From: an uncultured Ignavibacteriales bacterium | GTDB taxonomy: Bacteria > Zixibacteria > MSB-5A5 > GN15 > FEB-12 | Assembly (NCBI GenBank): GCA_964518635.1 | Contig: CAZFGK010000001.1 | Span: 569-64,568, forward strand | DNA length: 64,000 bases | Direction of reading: 5' to 3' | Part shown: positions 1 to 9,795 of the stretch, one piece after another | How the letters are laid out: every line of letters begins with the position of its first letter | How positions within the stretch are numbered: position 1 is the stretch's first letter | The notes under the pieces: model-generated | Told to the model about the DNA's origin: nothing | Database searches by the model: none | What the model saw: only the letters and a program-made list of their open reading frames with translations | Made by a program: the position numbers and the translations under genes

Positions 1-262
1 AGGTTGCGAATCGTGCGAAAGCACGGTCACGCCCGGGAGCTGGATTGGAAATTTCGATCTGACCGATGACGTTGTAGATATCACCGAGCATCTCCATATC
101 GGTCTGTTCTGTGAATGCAACCGCTTCGCTTGCGGCCTGAAATTCCGGATCAGAGATATTTCCTGCAGGGAGATTATTCTCCGTCGTGCTTCGGCTGTCG
201 CAACCGATCGTTCCTGCAAGGAGCAATCCTGCCAGAGCTCCCAGCGTGAGTATTCGTTTCAT
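1..262 (-). CDS. putative lipoprotein, N-terminal fragment (CDS continues beyond window start)
   Basis: ATG at 262-260 is preceded by GGAGAGA (complement of 266-272). My own translation is MKRILTLGALAGLLLAGTIGCDSRS..., a signal peptide ending in a lipobox-like G-C. The frame stays open to the window edge. Confidence 0.5.
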   Translation of the reverse strand, partial: MKRILTLGALAGLLLAGTIGCDSRSTTENNLPAGNISDPEFQAASEAVAFTEQTDMEMLGDIYNVIGQIEISNPAPGRDRAFARFAT

Positions 263-443
263 CTATCTCTCCTTTGTGTTGTCGCTGCTTACTAGTTCTG
301 AATCGTCTGAGATGCAATCGGTCATCATCTTCACGTCGTGAAGATTATACAACTGCTTCCCTCTAGTATCGGCTTGAACAATGAAGAAATTGAGAATCGA
401 CAAGCTGCGATTCGAAGAATGATCTCAAGTTATTGCAGGAGAG

Positions 444-1670
444 CTACTTCGGCCACGCGAATGGACCGCCAAACAGCCCCGGGCTTGAGTGAGATCCATC
501 GACATTACGAATTGTAGAGTCCCCCCGACCTGCCAGCAGAGAATCGCCGCGATAGAGTCGCGGATGAAAGGAACTGTCTGCCCAGTAACCGGGATCAAAG
601 GAGAGATTTTCATTGAGACCGGTCTGATCGGGAAGATCACGATATTCACTGACCTTATTCCCCCAGACAAGATTATTTCGAAAGGTCCAGCGAGAGAAAT
701 CTCCCATGTTGACTACTCCGACACAGGGGCAGACCCATTCATCCCGCCAGCCATTTCCGGTGACGATATTATTTACAAACGATCCCCGCGATTCCGATGA
801 CCAGATCGCGATTCCACAATTGCCGTTTGCGTGAATATGATTATTCGCGGCTTCGAGAGTTGATTCTCCGGTTGCAATCAGCCCCCAACCAAGTTGATGA
901 TGAATGTAGTTATTACGGGCAATCAATCGAGAGGTGCCAAATGTACCGATCCCTTTCCAGAAACCGGTAACTTCATTTCGAATCGCAACACAACTCGCAT
1001 CCCAGGTGATCCCGATTCCAGCGCCGCGACCACCACTGATCAGGCAATCATGAATCTCAGCGTGCGCTCCGCGATAGAGAGCGATCCCATCCCAGGTGTT
1101 ATTCAGCAAACGGCAATCTTCGATCACCAGAATAGCTCCCTCACGCCCGACAATGCCGCATATTCCAACCACCACCGACGTATCTCGCTCGGTGTTGTCT
1201 CGAATGGTGACATTTTTGATGAAGGCGCGTGACTGACGAACGACAATTCCGGCATCGGTGGCATTCCCATCCGCGTCCCGCTTTCCGCCGGTGATGGTCA
1301 ACTCGCTGATAGAGATGGTCGGGGAATTTTCAATGTAAAGCCCATACCCAGCCCCGGTGATGAGGATTGTTTCATCCGGTCCTGCACCTGCAATGGTGAG
1401 TGATTTTTCGGCAATTCGAAATCCGTAGGTAGCAATCGCTCCGTCTGATACATTTAGGCAATTCCCACAAGTACGATCACGAAAATCTCGCGGCGTTGCC
1501 CGAAATGTCCCTGCCGACAACAGCAGCGTATCCCCTTCTTTCGCTTCATCAATCTTCTGCTGGAGCGACATCCCTTCTCTGACTCGTACGGTGGTAGCAT
1601 GGCTCAGCGAGGGAAGGGATATACCCGTCAGAAAGAGTAAGCAAAAGAAAGAAGCTCGAACCGTTGACAT
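444..1670 (-). CDS. secreted right-handed parallel beta-helix repeat protein (NosD / pectin-lyase-fold like)
   Basis: 408 aa ORF with a signal peptide (FFCLLFLTGISLPSLSHA). It has many ~22-aa turns with I/V-x-x-N signatures (IKNVTIRDN, IEDCRLLNN, IHDCLISGG, ARNNYIHH, AANNHIHAN, FVNNIVTGN, FRNNLVWGN). Confidence 0.75.
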   Translation of the reverse strand: MSTVRASFFCLLFLTGISLPSLSHATTVRVREGMSLQQKIDEAKEGDTLLLSAGTFRATPRDFRDRTCGNCLNVSDGAIATYGFRIAEKSLTIAGAGPDETILITGAGYGLYIENSPTISISELTITGGKRDADGNATDAGIVVRQSRAFIKNVTIRDNTERDTSVVVGICGIVGREGAILVIEDCRLLNNTWDGIALYRGAHAEIHDCLISGGRGAGIGITWDASCVAIRNEVTGFWKGIGTFGTSRLIARNNYIHHQLGWGLIATGESTLEAANNHIHANGNCGIAIWSSESRGSFVNNIVTGNGWRDEWVCPCVGVVNMGDFSRWTFRNNLVWGNKVSEYRDLPDQTGLNENLSFDPGYWADSSFHPRLYRGDSLLAGRGDSTIRNVDGSHSSPGLFGGPFAWPK

Positions 1671-1723
1671 GCTGAAAAAAGCTAATGAACGAATTTCAGA
1701 AATGCGAATAGAACTCTGAAAAA

Positions 1724-2704
1724 TCAGGGGACGCGTAACCGATACGCTCCCCGTTTGGGGTATTCAGCTCCGAGCGCAGAGAGCTGATCGAGTGTTAGCC
1801 ACGGGAACTCCCGCCTTCCTGCATTGAAGAGCGGAATATGAAAATCGCAGGCGAATTCACAGCCGGTGGCGATCAGAAAGTAACTCTCACCATTCGAACG
1901 ATTCAATCGGACCAGAACCACATGCGCAGACCCTTTGGTACCTGATTCATTTTGCGCAACGATCAGATCGCCGGGCATCAGACTTTCCAGCGGAATCGAA
2001 TCAGCATTCTGAGTGAGACTTCGATAGGTACTGTTCACCGCGCAGAGATTGAAAAAGGAATTGAATTCAGCAATCGAATCTGGGCGAACCGACGCATTTT
2101 GGAAAACAATATTCTCCCGTGGGCCGTAGGCGAAACTGCTTTTTAGGAATCGAGCGTAGTCGAGGGTGTCTCCAGCTTTGGTGATCGGCCTGAACGCAGT
2201 TCGGCGATTTTGCATAAGAAGAAACTCTGCGAGAATTTGTAATGGAATTGCACGATCAGAAAGTTCCGAGCTTCGCCACGGAAATCGAACCGCCCGGCTG
2301 ATCTGATTCGGTGCGTAGACTGCACCTTTGCGGACCGAACTCGCACCGCGACCATAGTGCCAGAGGGGCATATGGCTGACCCAGAATTGAAATGGTGTAA
2401 GTGTCGAAGAATCCGGACGTGTTGCTCCGGCAGGCCACATGAATTCTGATTCTACGGTAAAGGCCTTCCCCCAGTCCCCCATGTAGAGATAGCGAGATCG
2501 ATACCAGTCATACGGGCGAATCTGAGAACTATCCGGCTTGACCATGGTGATGGTATCAGAAGGGAGAACTACATCCTCGACCGGCGTTTCGGATCGGACT
2601 GTCGCCGCTGACATGAACAGAACAGCGATGAGCAGAAGAATCCTGCTGGGTTCGATCTTGGTCGTGAGGAGTTGTCGGAACATTCGTGTCATTGTACTTA
2701 ACAT
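1724..2704 (-). CDS. secreted hypothetical protein (possibly DUF4846-like, not verified)
   Basis: 326 aa ORF with a hydrophobic N-terminal signal/anchor (ILLLIAVLFMSAATVRS). It starts 10 nt after the stop of the upstream CMD gene. I see no motif I can name securely. Confidence 0.55.
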   Translation of the reverse strand: MLSTMTRMFRQLLTTKIEPSRILLLIAVLFMSAATVRSETPVEDVVLPSDTITMVKPDSSQIRPYDWYRSRYLYMGDWGKAFTVESEFMWPAGATRPDSSTLTPFQFWVSHMPLWHYGRGASSVRKGAVYAPNQISRAVRFPWRSSELSDRAIPLQILAEFLLMQNRRTAFRPITKAGDTLDYARFLKSSFAYGPRENIVFQNASVRPDSIAEFNSFFNLCAVNSTYRSLTQNADSIPLESLMPGDLIVAQNESGTKGSAHVVLVRLNRSNGESYFLIATGCEFACDFHIPLFNAGRREFPWLTLDQLSALGAEYPKRGAYRLRVP

Positions 2705-2714
2705 CGGCTTCTAT

Positions 2715-3095
2715 TTACTTTTCTTCTTTCGATTCAGGTGGAGCCAGTTTTGTGCCGGGATTCAATTCGGTCCACATCCGGTAGGCGCGACGAAGATGCG
2801 GAATGGTGATCGACCCACCGATAACCAGCCCGATTGACATCGATTCGTCGAACTCCTGATCATTCACGCCGACTTCATGAGCCCGAATGACATGATAGCT
2901 GATGCAGTCATCGCAGCGAAGAACGAGTGAACCTACAAGTCCGAGGAGCTCTTTCGTTTTGACCGGAAGTGCACCCTCGCGATAGACCGCCGAATCGATT
3001 CCGAAGAATCGCTTGATATTCAGATCATCCCTTCCAAGGACAATCTCATTGAGGGCTGCTCGTTCTTCGTTGAAGGCCTGAACTCGTGAAGTCAT
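2715..3095 (-). CDS. carboxymuconolactone decarboxylase / AhpD-like family protein
   Basis: 126 aa with an AhpD-type CxxC in ...LVLRCDDCISYHV.... Size and helical pattern are typical of the CMD family. Confidence 0.8.
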   Translation of the reverse strand: MTSRVQAFNEERAALNEIVLGRDDLNIKRFFGIDSAVYREGALPVKTKELLGLVGSLVLRCDDCISYHVIRAHEVGVNDQEFDESMSIGLVIGGSITIPHLRRAYRMWTELNPGTKLAPPESKEEK

Positions 3096-3133
3096 TCTAT
3101 TCTCCTCTTTCTACACCCGTTTCCGAGCAAGGT

Positions 3134-3763
3134 TCAGCTCTCCAGTGTAGAGAGTCGACCGGCGATCTGCATCCCCAGTTCCTTTGCCTGCCCCATGGCG
3201 GCTGCATCAAACTGAGCAGACCCAGAGATGGTATAATCTGCGGATTGATACATCACCAGCCCGCAGCTTTCAACCTCGATCCATTTGAACCAGCCAGCCA
3301 GACAGCGTCTTCCCCCCTCAAACCATGCTTCCGGCCCACCGACTAGGATCATCCCCCCGGGGCGTTTTTTCGTCAGCCGTTTGAGAAAACGGTACTCGGT
3401 ATTCTCGTTTTTGAAATCAGCCGGACGAAAGCAGTTGCAACGGTCGATCAGAATCTTTGCCTGCGCTGAAACCGCATCAAAATGAATCGGTGAGCCGATC
3501 AGGATGGCATCAGCAGCAGCGATGTCATCGAGGACAGGGGTGAGTGCATCATGATAGAAACACCATTCATCAGACGGCGCCTTTCCGCAAGACTGGCAGG
3601 GAATCAGCGAAGACAGTTCATTGAGTCTGACCGTCTTGATACTGCACTCTGTTTGTCGTTCCCTACTAACGAGGAGAACACTTTCTGCCGCAGCACGTAA
3701 CAGAAATTCAGTACTCGATTGAACGACCGGTGATGCATCAAGAACAAGAAGCTGACGGATCAT
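3134..3763 (-). CDS. flavodoxin-fold protein (NADPH-dependent FMN reductase / iron-sulfur flavoprotein-like)
   Basis: I placed the start at ATG 3763, which forms an ATGA overlap with the ABC-F stop and gives MIRQLLVLDASP.... ILIGSPIHFDAVSAQAKILIDR and a CQSCG motif resemble the flavodoxin-like FMN reductase/ISF family. Confidence 0.6.
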   Translation of the reverse strand: MIRQLLVLDASPVVQSSTEFLLRAAAESVLLVSRERQTECSIKTVRLNELSSLIPCQSCGKAPSDEWCFYHDALTPVLDDIAAADAILIGSPIHFDAVSAQAKILIDRCNCFRPADFKNENTEYRFLKRLTKKRPGGMILVGGPEAWFEGGRRCLAGWFKWIEVESCGLVMYQSADYTISGSAQFDAAAMGQAKELGMQIAGRLSTLES

Positions 3764-5682
3764 GCGTTCTGGTTCCATGACTGCATCTGATGAGCCAATT
3801 GCTCCCGCTGATCGTAGAGCTGCAGCAATTCCTCTTCGAGCTTTTCTTTCGATTCGGCAGCAGCATGAAGTTTCTCCCAGTCATCCTTTGAAATCTCCGA
3901 GCGAATCTGCAGATCAAGTCGCTCGATTTCAGTTTCAAGAGTAGCAATCCGATTGCTGACTGCCTCCTGCTCACGCTTGATCTTATTCCGCCGTCTTGAT
4001 TCCTCTTTCGCCTCCTGCTGCGCAAGATAATGACCGGATGGGGCCTTTTTCATTGCCCGCACAAGATGCTCTGTCGCACGTGTCTTCTCTTCAATCAGCT
4101 TGTCATGAGCGTATTGATACGACCCGGCGAACACTCGGACTTTACTCCCCTGCACCCAGAGAATCTTGTCGCAGACGGCATTCAGGAAACTTCGATCATG
4201 GCTAACTACTAAGAGGGTGCCGTCGTATTCACGCAACGCCTCTTCGAGTCCCTCGCGGGCATAGATATCAAGATGATTTGTCGGCTCATCCATGATGATG
4301 AAATTCGCAGGGTGATACATGAGCCGCGCGAGGGAAAGCTTCGTCTTCTCTCCTCCAGACAATGCGGAAACACTTTTATCGACCTCTTCCCCACTGAAAC
4401 CGAATCGGGCAAGCCATGAGCGTATGGTGTTGTTGTTCGCTGACTGATCAACCAGCCAAAGTGAATCGAGCACACTGAGTGAATGATCGAGATCGGAGAG
4501 ATCCTGATCGAAGTAGGCGACATCGACCCCATTTCCCAAGCGAAGTGTCCCCCCTAAAAGATCAAGCTCACCGAGCATCGTTTTCAAAAAGGTCGATTTC
4601 CCGGCCCCATTGCGACCAACCACCCCGACTTTTTCACCTCGGTAAATATCGAAAGAGATATTCTCAAGCAGCGGGATGTCATCATAACCCAGCACTGCAT
4701 CCTCGACCTTCACCACCTGCGAGAATGATCGCCCTGATGATTCGAGAGCGAATTTGGGTCCGCGTGGATCGGGTGGTGGGGCTTCGAGTCGCTTGAGCTT
4801 GTTCAGATATTTCAGTTTCGATTGCGCCTGTTTTGTTTTTTGCCCCGCCATATTCCGGCGAATGAAATCCTCCGCCCGTGCAATCTCCGCCTGCTGCAAC
4901 GTAAAACGATGATCCTGCTGATCACGGCGTGCATCCCGCTCATTCAAATATCGATCAAACCCCATCGAATAGACATCGAGTTTGCCACCACGCAACTCCC
5001 AGACTGCGGTCGCAGTCCTCGCTAAGAACGAACGGTCGTGCGAGACAATAATGCAGGCCTTCCCAGCCGAGACCAGATACTCTTCCAACCACTCGGTCGA
5101 TTCAATATCAAGATGGTTGGTCGGTTCATCTAAGAGGAGACAATTGCTGATACCAGCAAGCAGACGAGCCAGATTAATTCGTATTTTTTCGCCGCCGGAG
5201 AAGGTTGAGAGTGGATCATGAAATCGTTCGGAGTTGAATCCCAGCCCATCCAGAATCGCGCTGACTTCAGTATCGAACTGAAAACCGCCGAGTCGATCAA
5301 ATTCATGCTGTGATTCACCCAGTTTGTTGAGTGACTTGGTATCACTCGGTTGATCGGTAAGATGATGCTGGAGATGCTCGATCTCTTTCTGAAGCGTCAG
5401 CAGTTCCGGACGGGCAGAGATCACAAAATCATGCAGCGTCTGATCAAGCGAGTCGCTCATCTCCTGTTTCCCATACAGAATGCGGCAATTCCTGGCTTTC
5501 GAAACAGAGCCAAGATCGGGAGACTGCAGCCCGACGATGATTTCTAGCAGAGTCGATTTCCCGATGCCGTTCTTGCCGACAAGGGCAATGCGATCTGTGT
5601 CCTGTATCGAAAATCCGACGCCGTTCAGAATGACCTGGTCGCCGAATCTCTTCGCAAGCGACTCAGCAGTGACCAGAATCAT
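3760..5682 (-). CDS. ABC-F family ATPase (tandem ABC cassettes, no membrane domain)
   Basis: Two Walker A motifs (GKNGIGKST, GRNGAGKST), two ABC signatures (LSGGEKIR, LSGGEKTK) and two Walker B motifs (LLLDEPTNHLD, IIMDEPTNHLD). It has a charged inter-domain linker and a C-terminal coiled coil. Confidence 0.9.
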   Translation of the reverse strand: MILVTAESLAKRFGDQVILNGVGFSIQDTDRIALVGKNGIGKSTLLEIIVGLQSPDLGSVSKARNCRILYGKQEMSDSLDQTLHDFVISARPELLTLQKEIEHLQHHLTDQPSDTKSLNKLGESQHEFDRLGGFQFDTEVSAILDGLGFNSERFHDPLSTFSGGEKIRINLARLLAGISNCLLLDEPTNHLDIESTEWLEEYLVSAGKACIIVSHDRSFLARTATAVWELRGGKLDVYSMGFDRYLNERDARRDQQDHRFTLQQAEIARAEDFIRRNMAGQKTKQAQSKLKYLNKLKRLEAPPPDPRGPKFALESSGRSFSQVVKVEDAVLGYDDIPLLENISFDIYRGEKVGVVGRNGAGKSTFLKTMLGELDLLGGTLRLGNGVDVAYFDQDLSDLDHSLSVLDSLWLVDQSANNNTIRSWLARFGFSGEEVDKSVSALSGGEKTKLSLARLMYHPANFIIMDEPTNHLDIYAREGLEEALREYDGTLLVVSHDRSFLNAVCDKILWVQGSKVRVFAGSYQYAHDKLIEEKTRATEHLVRAMKKAPSGHYLAQQEAKEESRRRNKIKREQEAVSNRIATLETEIERLDLQIRSEISKDDWEKLHAAAESKEKLEEELLQLYDQREQLAHQMQSWNQNA

Positions 5683-7754
5683 CCGGGTTCATCATCCCGG
5701 GCAGCAGATTTACTGAGCCACAATTCAAGCGCGATTAATCCAAGCGCAAACCAGAGAAGCATCGGCCAGAGTTCTCTCCCGTATCGTAGTGAAGCAAGCA
5801 GCGGCGCGATATCGCCGCTGATGGGAAGAGTGGTCGGGGTGGGGAGATTAAGCGAAGAGGCAAACTCGGCTATCGGCAAAGCGCGAAGATCCCTTTCAGA
5901 GGGATTCAGATTGAGCGGAATCTGATCGACAAGGCGATCATCGACTTCTACTCTCCAGATACCTGCCTGCCGCGTGTCAGCAAGAAGAAACGACATTTTT
6001 TCATCCGTGAATTCAGGAGAGAGTTCGCGACTGGTCGAATCGGGTCTGATTAGTTCCACCCGCGAGCCAGCGGTCACAAACGGGGGAAGGATCCTGCGAA
6101 GCGGCTGACCAACTGATAAATTCGACTCGTATGCCGAAACATCTGCCGCGAGATATTCAATCGTACGCGCGAGAAAGGGAACGAAAAGTGCTGTCGTAGC
6201 AAATTCAGACAGTGATGGATCGAGCGGGACACCCAGTGTGATTACTTTCCCGCGACCGACTTTCTTCTCGGTCATGGTGAGTCGGTCACCTGAAAATGTC
6301 ATCAGTGTCGCCCCTTTACTCCCACTCCAGGAAAGTTTTGGCAGAGTAAAGCTCTTGATCTCGGGAAGTTGCTTCGTATCGAAAATATTGAAAATCGGAT
6401 GATCGTTCGCGATGCTCTTGAGCAGAAAAAATCCGGATCGCGTCAGCACTTCCGGCATCGCAGATTCAAGTCGCAGTCCGGTAAGCTCGGCGTAATCTGC
6501 GTCAAATGCTCCTTCGGTAGTAGTCGCTCCAAGGAGAACGAAGACCGATTTTCCGGCAGTGAGAAAACGATTCACTCGTTCTCTGCCGATTGCTCCCAGA
6601 TTCGGTGTACCAGCAAGCACCATCACCTGATACTCATCAAGTGGCAGACTCAAGAGTGCTCCCTCATCCGCCTGTTTGACTGACCAATAGGAAGAGGCAT
6701 CCGGTGCGGGTTGCAATGCCATCCGAGTCAATCGACCACCCGGATCATCGCCGACCACCAAGACGGAAACCAGTTCAGGGAGCTTGAAGCCGAAATAGCT
6801 GCGATTGTCACCGGGGAACTGATCGGCGGAAAGTTCGATGTAACCAGAATGCATACCGGTCGAGGGGACACTGGTCGTAAACGGAACGGTAGTGGCTTGA
6901 CCAGCAGTGAGTGAAATAGTTGTCTGTGAGACTCGTCGATGATTCACGAAGAGTGAGACCATTAGGTTTTCTACGTCGGTCATTCCCTTATTAGCAATCT
7001 CACTGGTAATAGTAAATGGAACGCCGACAGAGAGTAACTGTGTGCCAAGAGAAACTGCATTCACCCCGACATTCCCCGCTTGATCGAGCGGTAGCTCAAC
7101 CACGGTCACTCGTGTCGATCCAAGGCGAGCCGAATCAGAAGGGAGTGAATCCGGAATCAGTGCCCGTTGACGATCGGTCACGAGATAGATTTCACGATTC
7201 AGTGACGGGCTTTGCTCAAGTAGGGCTGATGCGAGTTCAATCGTCGAGCGAAGATCTGCCGATGCATCCTGTGCGGTGAGTGACGCAACCTGCTCACGAG
7301 CAAGTGCCGGTGTGACCAGGGACGGTTTGAAATCAGATGAAACCATCGGAAGAATCGCCACCCGATCATCCGTCGAGAATGCCGCGAGAAGTGCATCGGT
7401 TCGTTTACGCGCCAGTTCAAAGAGCTGACCGTTCGGGACAAATCGATTCATTGAAGCGGTATTGTCGATAATCACAACCGAGCTGGCGGATGCCTGCGAT
7501 CCAAACGCGCCGGATTTTGTGGTCGGTCGGGCAAATGCCAACACCAGCACAAAGACGAGCAACATGCGAAGCAGCAGCAGTAGAATCTGACGGATTTTCA
7601 AGCGACGCACCTGACGTCGCTGCATCGCTTTCAGGTGCCTGATCGAAGAAAACTCGACCACTTTCACTCGTCGGCGTGAAAGCAGATGAATGATCAGTGG
7701 GATTAATGCCGCGGCGGATGCCAGCAACAATGCAGGGTTCAAAAAGGTAAACAT
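5679..7754 (-). CDS. BatA-type double-transmembrane-anchor protein with vWA domain
   Basis: The N-terminus MFTFLNPALLLASAAALIPLIIHLLSRRR plus a second TM helix form the BatA / N-terminal double-TM anchor. VVIIDNTASMN looks like the start of a vWA MIDAS motif, and there is a C-terminal TM helix. Its stop overlaps the ABC-F ATG (ATGA). Confidence 0.8.
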   Translation of the reverse strand: MFTFLNPALLLASAAALIPLIIHLLSRRRVKVVEFSSIRHLKAMQRRQVRRLKIRQILLLLLRMLLVFVLVLAFARPTTKSGAFGSQASASSVVIIDNTASMNRFVPNGQLFELARKRTDALLAAFSTDDRVAILPMVSSDFKPSLVTPALAREQVASLTAQDASADLRSTIELASALLEQSPSLNREIYLVTDRQRALIPDSLPSDSARLGSTRVTVVELPLDQAGNVGVNAVSLGTQLLSVGVPFTITSEIANKGMTDVENLMVSLFVNHRRVSQTTISLTAGQATTVPFTTSVPSTGMHSGYIELSADQFPGDNRSYFGFKLPELVSVLVVGDDPGGRLTRMALQPAPDASSYWSVKQADEGALLSLPLDEYQVMVLAGTPNLGAIGRERVNRFLTAGKSVFVLLGATTTEGAFDADYAELTGLRLESAMPEVLTRSGFFLLKSIANDHPIFNIFDTKQLPEIKSFTLPKLSWSGSKGATLMTFSGDRLTMTEKKVGRGKVITLGVPLDPSLSEFATTALFVPFLARTIEYLAADVSAYESNLSVGQPLRRILPPFVTAGSRVELIRPDSTSRELSPEFTDEKMSFLLADTRQAGIWRVEVDDRLVDQIPLNLNPSERDLRALPIAEFASSLNLPTPTTLPISGDIAPLLASLRYGRELWPMLLWFALGLIALELWLSKSAARDDEPG

Positions 7755-7755
7755 C

Positions 7756-9702
7756 TTAGAACTTAAATGTCCGAGTCATGAGTTGTTCTGCTTCCCGTTT
7801 TTGATATACACCCGCATTCAGTGTCGCTACTTGCGAATAATACAACTTCGCAGTCTCACGATCCCCCTGAAGATCGGCGCATTTTCCAAGCCAGATATAT
7901 GCCATCGCGCGATAGAACGGGCGAACTTCCAGCAGTGCCGCTGAGTGCAAGGCCCGCTCTCCGAGGTCATACTCTCCCTGCGCGACGAGCACAATTCCAT
8001 ACCAGACATACATGCTGGGTGTCGACTGCTCCGAATTGATTGCCTGTTCATACCACGATCGAGCTGCCGCCAGGAGAGAATCAGTATCCGGACTCCTCTT
8101 CCCATTTTTACGCGGCATTGAAGCAGCCAACAAAGTCCGACTCTCCGGCTGAGCCATTGGGGAATTCAAATTCTGAATGTTCTCTCGGAGGAATTCGATC
8201 CCCTTGTCAACTGCTCCTGAATTGATGGCGATATTTGCCAGACCAAATCGGGCACCATTATCGTTTGGATTCTTTTCGAGAATCCGTCTGAATGTACTGG
8301 CGCCCGTCGCACTATCTCCTGACAGAAATGCATACGAGCCACCCGCAAGTGACAGGGAATCGCTCAGAAATGCATAGCGTGAAGCAGCAGTAAAATCCCC
8401 CTGAGCAAAACAGAGTGACATTAATTTTTCAAGAGCGAAACTGGTGTCTTTGTCCGACACCGCGTAAGCAAAACTCTGCTCCATCAGTTCGCGGGCTTCT
8501 GTAAACTGAAAGCCTGCTGCCGAACGGTCAGAAAAGAGAACCATTTGTCGTGGCAGAAAGGAAACAGTATCCAGATACCCATGCCAGCTTGCTACCAGCA
8601 AGTCGAATGATTGTCGATAGTGTGATGCAATCTGTCCGGAAAGATCGAATTCATCAGCAGAGGCGACAAATTTCCGCAGTGTGTCGATTGAGGATCGAAG
8701 GACAAGAAATCGAAAAAATGCTGACGCTGCTTCTCGCATCTCGGACGAATTGTCTTCGGTCCAGTTGTCATACCACTGCCCGACATCTGGCAAGCTCTGT
8801 CCCTGCTTTTTTCTTCCCACGACACGCCACTCGTCGATGGAATCGAAACGAGACAGAGCAAGCTGCAACGGATACGGCGCGTACCCATCATGTCTTTGTA
8901 ACATGAGCAAATTCACGGCAGTATGATCGAACCCGTTCCGGTCGATAGCATACTGCATCCAGATTGTGCCGCGATCGGGATCGACCAGCACTTTTTCATC
9001 ATTCGGCCACATGATCGCCGGCGATTCGCAGGGGAGTACCGTAATCTGTCCTTTGAAAGAAGAACGAAAAGAGATTAGTCGTTCATAGTAGCGCATCGCC
9101 TCTTCAAATCGCTCCCCGAGCGCGTCAAGCGATCGCTCGGCGAGTGTTCCCATTGGAGCATTCAGCTGAAAGACTCCGGTTGGATGAACCGTCATTCCGG
9201 CACTATTTGAAAGAGAAAAGCCGCAACCGGTGGTGTCCTGTGAGAATGATTCAATTGGAGTAAGCGTTAGATCATATCGCCAGTCATTCTTCCCGCGAAG
9301 TTCTTTGATCGGAATTGGAAGACCGTAATCGGCGCGAAATTCCCGCGCCAACATACTTCCGGCGTTTCGTGCTGAACTTAAATGAAGGGTGAAGGAGACC
9401 GCCTGGCTATCGACCTTCGTTATTCGCATTTCAACGGAGGTCATCCCCCAGTATCCGACAGCAGGTACTCCAAGCACGGGGGAAACTGTATCCCGATAGA
9501 TGATCTTTTCACCTCGCGTGTCATCAACTCGCTTCACAACGACTGCAAAATCGACTCCGGCGACAATACCATCGGCGAATGACAGACTCGTACCAAAGAG
9601 GAGCACCGTCGCGCAGCTGATCAACGCGATTTTTAGCCCACGGAATGCTGAAGCAGACTTGGGAGAGCTTGAAATACCTTGAACTTTTGAACGGGGATTC
9701 AT
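7756..9702 (-). CDS. secreted TPR-like repeat protein
   Basis: 648 aa with an N-terminal hydrophobic signal. The C-terminal half has TPR-like helical pairs. The TAA stop lies 1 nt before the ATG of the BatA-like gene. Confidence 0.65.
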   Translation of the reverse strand: MNPRSKVQGISSSPKSASAFRGLKIALISCATVLLFGTSLSFADGIVAGVDFAVVVKRVDDTRGEKIIYRDTVSPVLGVPAVGYWGMTSVEMRITKVDSQAVSFTLHLSSARNAGSMLAREFRADYGLPIPIKELRGKNDWRYDLTLTPIESFSQDTTGCGFSLSNSAGMTVHPTGVFQLNAPMGTLAERSLDALGERFEEAMRYYERLISFRSSFKGQITVLPCESPAIMWPNDEKVLVDPDRGTIWMQYAIDRNGFDHTAVNLLMLQRHDGYAPYPLQLALSRFDSIDEWRVVGRKKQGQSLPDVGQWYDNWTEDNSSEMREAASAFFRFLVLRSSIDTLRKFVASADEFDLSGQIASHYRQSFDLLVASWHGYLDTVSFLPRQMVLFSDRSAAGFQFTEARELMEQSFAYAVSDKDTSFALEKLMSLCFAQGDFTAASRYAFLSDSLSLAGGSYAFLSGDSATGASTFRRILEKNPNDNGARFGLANIAINSGAVDKGIEFLRENIQNLNSPMAQPESRTLLAASMPRKNGKRSPDTDSLLAAARSWYEQAINSEQSTPSMYVWYGIVLVAQGEYDLGERALHSAALLEVRPFYRAMAYIWLGKCADLQGDRETAKLYYSQVATLNAGVYQKREAEQLMTRTFKF

Positions 9703-9795
9703 CTTTGGCTATTATACGGCTGAGCGGGGCTCTTGACTAGTCCGACGCAGGAGAGTTCTTGAGAGACTCTCGGCTGCAACCCGGTCTCAACTGAC

